A DNA stretch of 55,200 nt, filler included, from Heptranchias perlo (taxonomy: Eukaryota): NCBI RefSeq assembly GCF_035084215.1. It is 2 parts of 2 records of this genome, joined end to end, with 100 filler letters (N's around TTAATTAATTAA, not from the genome) between each part and the next. Parts side by side here need not be neighbours in the genome. Positions count along the whole stretch, not along the records: positions 1 to 28,137 come from NW_027139821.1; 1 more part is not named here. One strand, 5' to 3'. Position 1 is the first letter of the stretch, and each line of letters opens with the position of its first letter. Shown here piece by piece: positions 1-8,859 of the stretch. Below the pieces are notes generated by a model. The model was not told the origin of the DNA, did no database searches, and saw only the letters and a list, made by a program, of their open reading frames with translations. Position numbers and translations under genes: made by a program.

Positions 1-592
1 CACCGACTCTCAGTCCCCCCCTCACTCACCGACTCTCAGTCCCCCCTCACTCACCGACTCTCACTCCCCCCCCACTCACCGACTCTCACTCCCCCCCTCA
101 CTCATCGACTCTCACTCCCCCCCTCACTGATCGACTCTCACTCCCCCCTCACTCACCGACTCTCGCTCCCCCCCTCACTCATCGACTCTCACTCCCCCCC
201 TCACTGATCGACTCTCACTCCCCCCTCACTCACCGACTCTCAGTCCCCCCTCACTCACCGACTCTCACTCCGCCCCCTCACTCACCGACTCTCTCTCCCC
301 CCCTCACTCACCGACTCTCACTCCCCCCTCACTCACCGACACCCACTCCCCCCTCACTCACCGACTCTCACTCCCCCCTCACTCACCGACTCTCAGTCCC
401 CCCCTCACTCACCGACTCTCAGTCCCCCCCTCACTCACCGACTCTCAGTCCCCCCTCACTCACCGACTCTCAGTCCCCCCCTCACTCACTGACTCTCACT
501 CCCCCCCCACTCACCGACTCTCACTCCCCCCCTCACTCATCGACTCTCACTCCCCCCCTCACTCATCGACTCTCACTCCCATCCTCACTCAC
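1..592. repeat. 25-26 bp minisatellite at the start of intron 3, about 23 copies visible, continues off-window
   Basis: Unit CACCGACTCTCA(C/G)TCCCCCC(C)TCACT; on the gene's sense strand most units read TCG-GTGAGTGAG. Confidence 0.95.
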
Positions 593-865
593 CGGCCCTC
601 AGTTCCCTCTTTCCGTAGTCGAGGTATTTCCTCAGCCACTCGATGCACTCCTCCTCCAGGTATCCCTTCCACCGCTGGTTCCAGGCCCTGTCCTGGTCCC
701 ACTTGTTCTTGGTGATCTCTCCCCACTGTACCGGTGTTACCCACACCATGTGTTCCAGATCGAAGCTGATGAAATCCTTCCCGTCCCAGCTGTCCTGATA
801 GAACCCTCTCGTGGTCCCATCATTCCCCAGCTCACAGCCGTACATCACCTGGATCGTGTGGATTC
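593..865 (-). CDS. UAA: MHC class I heavy chain, exon 3 (alpha-2 domain, 273 bp)
   Basis: Acceptor GACAG| and donor CCG|GTGAGT. Translates to (G)IHTIQVMYGCELGNDGTTRGFYQDSWDGKDFISFDLEHMVWVTPVQWGEITKNKWDQDRAWNQRWKGYLEEECIEWLRKYLDYGKRELRA, with the C101-C164 disulfide, T143, K146, W147, Y159 and Y171. Confidence 0.97.
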
Positions 866-974
866 CTGTCAATCAAACACAGGGGGTCAGTCAGACCCAC
901 ACCCCCCGGCTCACTGGCAACCCCCCAGGGTCAGGGGTCAGGGGTTAGAGATGGGGAATGCTGCGGAGTGATCA

Positions 975-2165
975 TCGACCCCCAGACCCCGCCTCCGCCC
1001 AGACCCCGACCCCCTGAGCCCACTCCCCCCGGACCCTGACCCACAGAGCCCACACCTCCCGGACCCCGACCCACAGAGCCCGGCCCACCCGGACCCCAAC
1101 CCCCAGAGCCCACACCTCCCGGACCCCGACCCACAGAGCCCGGCCCACCCGGACCACGACCCCCTGAGCCCACTCCCCCCGGACCCCAACCCCCAGAGCC
1201 CACTCCCCCCGGACCCCGGCCCCCAGAGCACACACCTCCCGGACCCTGACCCACAGAGCCCGGCCCACCCGGACCCCGACCCCCAGAACCTGCTCCATCA
1301 GGGCCCCGACCCCCAGAACCCGCACCCCCCTGACACCGACCGCCAGAGCCCACTCCCCCCGGATCCGGACCCCCAGAGCCCGGCCCACCCGGACCCCGAC
1401 CCCCAGAGCCCACTCCCCCTGGATCCGGACCCCCAGAGCCCGGCCCACCCGGACCCCGACCCCCAGAGCCCACTCCCCCCGGATCCCGACCCACAGAGCC
1501 CACTCTCCCCGGATCCCGACCCCCAGAACCCGCTCCGTCAGGACCCCGACCCCCAGAACCCGCTCCCCCCTGACATCGACCCCCAGAGCCCACTCCCCCC
1601 GGATCCCGACCCACAGAGCCCGCTCCCCCCTGACACCGACCGCCAGAGTCCACGCCGCCCGGACCCCAACACTCAGAGCCCACTCCCCCCGGATCCCGAC
1701 CCCCAGAACCCACTCCGCCAGGACCCCGAACCTCAGAGCCCGCTCCCCCCAGACCCCGACACCCAGAGCCCACTCCCCCCAGACCCCGACCCCCAGAACC
1801 CGCTCCGTCAGGACCCCGACCCCCAGAGCCCGCTCCGTCAGGACCCCGACCCCAAAGCCCACTCCCCCCGGATCCCGACCCCCAGAGCCCGCTCCGTCAG
1901 GACCCCGACCCCCAAAGCCCACTCCCCCCAGATCCCGACCCCCACAACCTGCTCCGTCAGGACCCCGATCCCCAGAGTTCGCATCGCCCGGACCCCAACC
2001 CTCAGAGCCGGCTCCCCCGGACGCTGACCCCCAGAACCCGCTCTGTGAGGACCCTGACCCCCAGAGCCCGCTCCCCCGAACCCCGACCACCAGAGCCCGC
2101 TCCCCTCGGACCCCCACCCCTACAGCCCTCTCCCCCGGACCCTGACCCCAAGAGCCCACTCCTCT
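975..2165. repeat. 30-bp GC-rich minisatellite, about 39 copies (intron 2), G-quadruplex-prone on the minus strand
   Basis: Unit approximately GGACCCCGACCCCCAGAGCCCACTCCCCCC; source of the Gly-rich spurious ORFs at 931-2159. Confidence 0.95.
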
Positions 2166-2762
2166 GGACCCTGATCTGCATATTTTAAGGATCCCCCGGA
2201 CCCCGATCTGTGTATTTAAAGGACCCCCCGGACCCCGATCAGTGTATTTAAAGGACCCCCCGGACCCCGATCAGTGTATTTAAAGGACCCCCGGACCCCG
2301 ATCAGTGTATTTAAAGGATCCCCCGGACCCCGATCTGTGTATTTAAAGGACCCCCGGACCCCGATCTGTGTATTTAAAGGACCCCCCGGACCCTGATCTG
2401 TGTATTTAAAGGACCCCCGGACCCTGATCAGTGTATTTAAAGGACCCCCGGACCCCGATCTGTGTATTTAAAGGACCCCCCGGACCCTGATCTGTGTATT
2501 TAAAGGACCCCCGGACCCCGATCTGTGTATTTAAAGGACCCCCGGACCCTGATCAGTGTATTTAAAGGACCCCCGGACCCTGATCAGTGTATTTAAAGGA
2601 CCCCCGGACCCCGATCTGTGTATTTAAAGGACCCCCCGGACCCTGATCTGTGTATTTAAAGGACCCCCGGACCCCGATCTGTGTATTTAAAGGACCCCCG
2701 GACCCCGATCTGTGTATTTAAAGGACCCCCGGACCCCGATCTGTGTATTTGAAGGACCCCCC
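2166..2762. repeat. 31-32 bp minisatellite, about 19 copies
   Basis: Unit GGACCCCGATC(T/A)GTGTATTTAAAGGACCCCC. Confidence 0.95.
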
Positions 2763-2909
2763 GTGCTTCCAGCGAGTGTCCCTCTCGCCTGCTCAGAATA
2801 GCGGGTTAAGATGGTGACCCGTGAGGGCAGTGAGATCAGGGAGGGCGAGTCCCATTGGCCATTTGACCTGCCCGGTTTCCCCAGGGCGGGCAGGTTAGAA
2901 TCGGCCTGA

Positions 2910-3080
2910 GGGACTTTCAGGAGGCCTCGGATAAGGTGCCATGTGAGAGACTCGTGAGAGGTCAGGGTGCGTGGGGTCAGGGGTCAGAGAGCAGAATGGA
3001 TTAAAAGACGGCGACAGAACAGAAAACAGAGGGTCAGAGTTAAGGGAAGTTTCTCAGACTGGCAGAAAGTGGGAAATGGC
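2910..3080 (+). mobile_element. Decayed CR1-type LINE reverse-transcriptase fragment
   Basis: Reads DFQEASDKVP...EWIKRR...RKQRVRVKGSFSDWQKVGNGV, matching the CR1 RT stretch DFQKAFDKVP...RKQRV..G.FS.W..V.SGVPQGSVLGP. Confidence 0.8.
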
Positions 3081-3761
3081 GTTCACCGGGGATCAGTGCC
3101 GGGAACGCTGTGTTCACCGGGGATCAGTGCCGGGAACGCCGTGTTCACCGGGGATCAGTGCCGGGAACGCTGTGTTCACCGGGGATCAGTGCCGGGAACG
3201 CTGTGTTCACCGGGGATCAGTGCCGGGAACGCTGTGCTCACCGGGGAGCAGTGCCGGGAACGCTGTGCTCACCGGGGATCAGTGCCAGGAACGCTGTGCT
3301 CACCGGGGATCAGTGCCGGGAATGCCGTGCTCACCGGGGATCAGTGCCGGGAACGCCGTGTTCACCGGGGATCAGTGCCGGGAATGCCATGTTCACTGGG
3401 GATCAGTGCCGGGAACGCCGTGCTCACCGGGGATCAGTGCCGGGAACGCCGTGTTCACCGGGGATCAGTGCCGGGAACGCCGTGCTCACCGGGGATCAGT
3501 GCCGGGAACGCCGTGCTCACCGGGGATCAGTGCCGGGAACGCCGTGCTCACCGGGGATCAGTGCCAGGAACGCTGTGTTCACCGGGGATCAGTGCCGGGA
3601 ACGCCGTGTTCACCGGGGATCAGTGCCGGGAATGCTGTGCTCACCGGGGATCAGTGCCGGGAACGCTGTGCTCACCGGGGATCAGTGCCGGGAACGCTGT
3701 GCTCACCGGGGATCAGTGCCGGGAACGCTGTGTTCACCGGGGATCAGTGCCGGGAACGCTG
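3081..3761. repeat. 31-bp minisatellite, about 22 copies, derived from the CR1 RT GVPQGSVLGP codons; last unit displaced to 5418-5452
   Basis: Unit GTTCACCGGGGATCAGTGCCGGGAACGC(T/C)GT (VHRGSVPGTL, compare VPQGSVLGPL); continues directly from the RT fragment. Confidence 0.92.
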
Positions 3762-4164
3762 GGTGCTCAATTGGGCCGAGTTGCGCCCGTTGTTTCGGCC
3801 TCTCCAACATCCCAGATGGCGTCTTGGATGCGCATGTACGTTTCCAGCGTGACGTGCCCCAGACGCCATCTTGGTCTAGGAGTTTGCGCCGGCGCAGATA
3901 ACGAACGCTGGAATCATGTAAAGTCGGGAGAAAATGGCTTCAATCAGTGTCCAACGCTGATTTAAAGTGATAGACACCATTTTGGGATTTAACGCTCAAC
4001 TCAACGCACAGTCTTAACCCCGACCATCTGAACGTGTCTTAGAGTGTCTGGAGGACCCCCCACCAGCGCTATTTAAAGGGACCATGCAGGATTTACAGGT
4101 TAGTGGCTGGATTATTGCTTCTGGCTGCCGAGACATTTGTAACTGTTTTTGGAGGTCTCCTAGA

Positions 4165-4447
4165 CTTCAATACTAGGACGTGGGGATATAGCCTAACATT
4201 TAGAGCCAGGACGTGCAGGAGTGAAGTTAGGAAATGCTTCTACACGCAAAGGGTGGGAGATGTTTGGAATGATCTTCTACAGACGGCAGTTGATGCGAGC
4301 TCACTTGTGAATGTTAAATCTGAGATTGATCGATTTCTGTGAACCAAGGGTATTATGGGATATGGGGCTAAGGCGGGTATATGGAGTTAGGTCACAGGTC
4401 CACCATGATCTCACTGAATGGTGGAACAGGCTCGAGGGGCTAAATGC
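4165..4447 (+). mobile_element. CR1 3' end fragment nested in the Harbinger-like element
   Basis: TRTWGYSLTFRARTCRSEVRKCFYTQRVGDVWNDL (CR1 ORF2 C-terminus) followed by the 3'UTR motif GGAACAGGCTCGAGGGGCTAAATG. Confidence 0.8.
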
Positions 4448-4959
4448 CACGGCCACTTGCTGCCTCTTGATATGCGCCAACTTCTCCTGCAAGAAAGCGG
4501 GACGTGTGTCTGGGTGATGTGCCTGTCATGGTTGAATAGCTGCCAGTGTGTGTGGCCTGTGAGTTGTGGGTGGGCAGCTTGAAACAGTGGTAATGTGTGA
4601 GGGTGAGAGGAAGCATCTGATGGGAAGAGTTGAGTACTGATGGAAAGAGTTTGTTGGTATGTGGGTGATGGGGGTGTCGTGTGTGGAGCAGTTGGTTGGA
4701 GACACCACTTGACAGTTGACCTCACTCACCTTGACCACTCATGTCAAAGCATTGAACTTCTTCCTGCACTGCATCCATGTTCATGATGCTGTGCTCCTGG
4801 CATTGACTTCGTCCCCCGCTGCCTCCCACTGTCTTTTGAGTATATGTCTGGAGGGCCTCTTTCCCTCCCCCGCGGATATAGGATGTCCCTCCTTCTGTCC
4901 ACCTCTTGCACCAAGGTCTCTCGTGCATCAGCAGAGAACCTTGGTGCACGCACTCTCAC
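4448..4959 (-). pseudogene. Harbinger Myb/SANT-like (trihelix) DNA-binding protein pseudogene, 2 exon remnants
   Basis: RAPRFSADARETLVQEVDRRRDILYP, a frameshift, then KRPSRHILKRQWEAAGDEVNARSTAS*TWMQCRKKFNALT*VVK; donor AAG|GTGAGT (exon ends 4730); acceptor TTGCAG| (exon starts 4486) followed by EKLAHIKRQQV. The two TGA stops are plausibly from CGA (CpG decay). Confidence 0.8.
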
Positions 4960-5683
4960 AGGCCTGGTACCAACTCAGATCGGCTGATTGGTGAGGTCTG
5001 GTGTGCAGATTGGAGGATGTGGGATTTAGTAGTGCGCAACCTTTATTCAAAGTTTTAACATAACTCATCATTGTGTAAACATAGGGATGGGACCTGCATC
5101 TGTGTTTTATGTGTGCGATGTCTGATCTCCGTTCAGACTCCGTGCAGACTGTTATTTTCAGCAAGTAACAGGTACCAGCTCCCTTTAAGAGATTTCGAAG
5201 AAACATCCTCCCTTTAAGAGATGGCGCTCCCCCTGGTGGTGGAAGGTGTGAATTGCATTGATTCCAGGTGCGAGGCCTGGGATGGAACGCTGATTGCAGG
5301 AAAGTGCTCCGGTGGGTCCGAACTCACGTCCTGCCTGCGCCGGGGTCATTGGACACGGGGTAATCGCCCATCACGCTGCCCGCGCCCAAAAACGGCCCCG
5401 ATCGAACATTTCCCCCACTGTGTTCACCGGGGATCAGTGCCGGGAACGCTGTTGATGGAGAGAGTTTCGGGGTGGGGCGGGGGACTGCCCCTTTAAACTG
5501 ATTAAATGTCGGCCGACTGTGGGGGCGGGGTCAGAATCCGAGCGCTGTCGAGGAGCCAATCGGTGAGCGCGGGACAACCGGCCGGTGCAAGGACGCTCCC
5601 GATTGGCCGCTCCCCCGCGGGGGGTGGGAGCGACCCCGGACCCCGCCCCCCCCCCCGGGCCCCGGATGAGGCCGAGGACTCAC

Positions 5684-5944
5684 CGCCCGATTGGTTGGTC
5701 CGGGACAGGGCGATCGGAATGTTGGCCTTTCCCCACTGCTCCGCGCTCTGTGCATTCCGTGTGTTCCGTTCCCAGTACTCGGGCCCCTCACGCTCCTCCA
5801 TCCAGCGCTGCCGCGGGATCATCGTCCTCCGCTCGCTGTTATATTCAACAAACTGGGCCTCGTCCACATAACCGACAACAACAAACTCCGGAAAACCAGG
5901 GATCGGGGTCATTGAGGTAAAGAAATACCGGAGAGAGTGAGAGC
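5684..5944 (-). CDS. UAA: MHC class I heavy chain, exon 2 (alpha-1 domain, 261 bp)
   Basis: Acceptor TTTCAG| and donor GCG|GTGAGT. Translates to GSHSLRYFFTSMTPIPGFPEFVVVGYVDEAQFVEYNSERRTMIPRQRWMEEREGPEYWERNTRNAQSAEQWGKANIPIALSRTNQSG, with Y7, Y59, R84 and the N86-Q-S glycosylation site (HLA numbering by eye). Motifs MIPRQRW, EGPEYWER, WGKANI and RTNQ recall shark UAA. Confidence 0.97.
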
Positions 5945-5952
5945 CTGAAACA

Positions 5953-8130
5953 CAGAGAGAGAGAGGTCAGGGCATGAACCCCAAAACACCAACCCCAGAG
6001 AGAGAGAGATCAGGGCATGAACCCCAAAACACCAACCCCAGAGAGAGAGAGAGATCAGGGCATGAACCCCAAAACACCAACCCCAGAGAGAGAGAGAGAG
6101 ATCAGGGCATGAACCCCAAAACACCAACCACAGAGAGAGAGAGATCAGGGCATGAACCCCAAAACACCAACCCCAGAGAGAGAGATCCGGGCATGAACCC
6201 CAAAACACCAACCCCAGAGAGAGAGAGATCAGGGCATGAACCCCAAAACACCAACCCCAGAGAGAGAGAGATCAGGGCATGAACCCCAAAACACCAACCC
6301 CAGAGAGAGAGATCCGGGCATGAACCCCAAAACACCAACCCCAGAGAGAGATCAGGGCATGAACCCCAAAACACCAACCCCAGAGAGAGAGATCAGGGCA
6401 TGAACCCCAAAACACCAACCCCAGAGAGAGAGAGAGAGATCAGGGCATGAACCCCAAAACACCAACCCCAGAGAGAGAGATCCGGGCATGAACCCCAAAA
6501 CACCAACCCCAGAGAGAGATCAGGGCATGAACCCCAAAACACCAACCCCAGAGAGAGAGATCAGGGCATGAACCCCAAAACACCAACCCCAGAGAGAGAG
6601 AGATCAGGGCATGAACCCCAAAACACCAACCCCAGAGAGAGAGAGAGGTCAGGGCATGAACCCCAAAACACCAACCCCAGAGAGAGAGATCAGGGCATGA
6701 ACCCCAAAACACCAACCCCAGAGAGAGAGAGATCAGAGCATGAACCCCAAAACACCAACCCCAGAGAGAGAGAGATCAGGGCATGAACCCCAAAACACCA
6801 ACCCCAGAGAGAGAGAGATCAGAGCATGAACCCCAAAACACCAACCCCAGAGAGAGAGATCAGGGCATGAACCCCAAAACACCAACCCCAGAGAGAGAGA
6901 GATCAGAGCATGAACCCCAAAACACCAACCCCAGAGAGAGAGAGAGATCAGGGCATGAACCCCAAAACACCAACCCCAGAGAGAGAGAGATCAGGGCATG
7001 AACCCCAAAACACCAACCCCAGAGAGAGAGAGAGATCAGGGCATGAACCCCAAAACACCAACCCCAGAGAGAGATCAGGGCATGAACCCCAAAACACCAA
7101 CCCCAGAGAGAGAGAGATCAGGGCATGAACCCCAAAACACCAACCCCAGAGAGAGAGAGATCAGGGCATGAACCCCAAAACACCAACCCCAGAGAGAGAG
7201 AGGTCAGGGCATGAACCCCAAAACACCAACCCCAGAGAGTGAGAGAGATCAGGGCATGAACCCCAAAACACCAACCCCAGAGAGAGAGAGAGATCAGGGC
7301 ATGAACCCCAAAACACCAACCCCAGAGAGAGAGAGATCAGGGCATGAACCCCAAAACACCAACCCCAGAGAGAGAGAGGTCAGGGCATGAACCCCAAAAC
7401 ACCAACCCCAGAGAGTGAGAGAGATCAGGGCATGAACCCCAAAACACCAACCCCAGAGAGAGAGAGATCAGGGCATGAACCCCAAAACACCAACCCCAGA
7501 GAGAGAGAGATCAGGGCATGAACCCCAAAACACCAACCCCAGAGAGTGAGAGAGATCAGGGCATGAACCCCAAAACACCAACCCCAGAGAGAGAGAGATC
7601 AGGGCATGAACCCCAAAACACCAACCCCAGAGAGAGAGAGATCAGGGCATGAACCCCAAAACACCAACCCCAGAGAGAGAGAGAGATCAGGGCATGAACC
7701 CCAAAACACCAACCCCAGAGAGAGAGATCAGGGCATGAACCCCAAAACACCAACCCCAGAGAGAGAGATCAGGGAATGAACCCCAAAACACCAACCCCAG
7801 AGAGAGAGAGATCAGGGCATGAACCCCAAAACACCAACCCCAGAGAGAGAGAGATCAGGGCATGAACCCCAAAACACCAACCCCAGAGAGAGAGAGAGAT
7901 CAGGGCATGAACCCCAAAACACCAACCCCAGAGAGAGAGAGATCAGGGCATGAACCCCAAAACACCAACCCCAGAGAGAGAGAGAGATCAGGGCATGAAC
8001 CCCAAAACACCAACCCCAGAGAGAGAGAGATCAGGGCATGAACCCCAAAACACCAACCCCAGAGAGAGAGAGAGATCAGGGCATGAACCCCAAAACACCA
8101 ACCCCAGAGAGACAGAGAGATCAGGGCATG
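5953..8130. repeat. About 41-bp minisatellite, roughly 50 copies with variable (GA)n, abutting the exon 2 acceptor
   Basis: Plus-strand unit (GA)nTCAGGGCATGAACCCCAAAACACCAACCCCA; sense-strand unit ends CCCTGAT(CT)n. Confidence 0.96.
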
Positions 8131-8183
8131 GAGTCCATGTAATAAAACACAACAGAGTCCCTGTAAATAATCCCCAACACAAC

Positions 8184-8667
8184 ACAGACTGAGGGAGAGG
8201 GGCCTGGGGTAACACACCCACTGACAGACTGAGGGAGAGGGGCCTGGGGTAACACACCCACTGACAGACTGAGGGAGAGGGGCCTGGGGTAACACACCCA
8301 CTGACAGACTGAGGGAGAGGGGCCTGGGGTAACACACCCCCTGACAGACTGAGGGAGAGGGGCCTGGGGTAACACACCCACTGACAGACTGAGGGAGAGG
8401 GGCCTGGGGTAACACACCCACTGACAGACTGAGGGAGAGGGGCCTGGGGTAACACACCCCCTGACAGACTGAGGGAGAGGGGCCTGGGGTAACACACCCC
8501 CTGACAGACTGAGGGAGAGGGGCCTGGGGTAACACACCCCCTGAAAGACTGTGGGAGAGGGGCCTGGGGTAACACACACACTGACAGACTGAGGGAGAGG
8601 GGCCTGGGGTAACACACCCCCTGACAGACTGAGGGAGAGGGGCCTGGGGTAACACACCCCCTGACAG
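8184..8667. repeat. 40-bp minisatellite, about 12 copies (intron 1)
   Basis: Unit CTGACAGACTGAGGGAGAGGGGCCTGGGGTAACACACCC(A/C). Confidence 0.96.
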
Positions 8668-8859
8668 GGGTACATATAGTTGGTTATATTTGATTCAGGG
8701 ACTAATTATCTTAAAATAACACGTACAATACACGGGTAAAAAGCAATCCATCAACTTTGAATCTGTAAATTGATCCAATAGGGTGAAATTTCTAAGCTGA
8801 GTGTAAGAGGAACATTGATGGGGATTCAGTTGACACTGGAGATAAATAAATATAGACTA

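Larger units (their letters stand above)
3762..5417 (-). mobile_element. Non-autonomous PIF/Harbinger-like DNA transposon inserted into the 31-bp array
   Basis: Splits a repeat unit and is flanked by CTG (3759-3761 and 5418-5420); degenerate GGG...CCC terminal inverted repeats; contains a Myb/SANT-like pseudogene. Confidence 0.75.

Noticed and set aside
931-2159. Gly-rich collagen- or silk-like ORFs
   Set aside because: Intronic 30-bp minisatellite between the alpha-1 and alpha-2 exons.
2967-3965. Cys/His-rich repetitive ORFs resembling zinc fingers or keratin-associated proteins
   Set aside because: A 31-bp repeat cycling through all three frames; derived from CR1 RT.
5502-5683. ORF-track extension of alpha-1 (GESSASSG...)
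   Set aside because: Read-through past the GTGAGT donor into intron 2; not part of the spliced protein.
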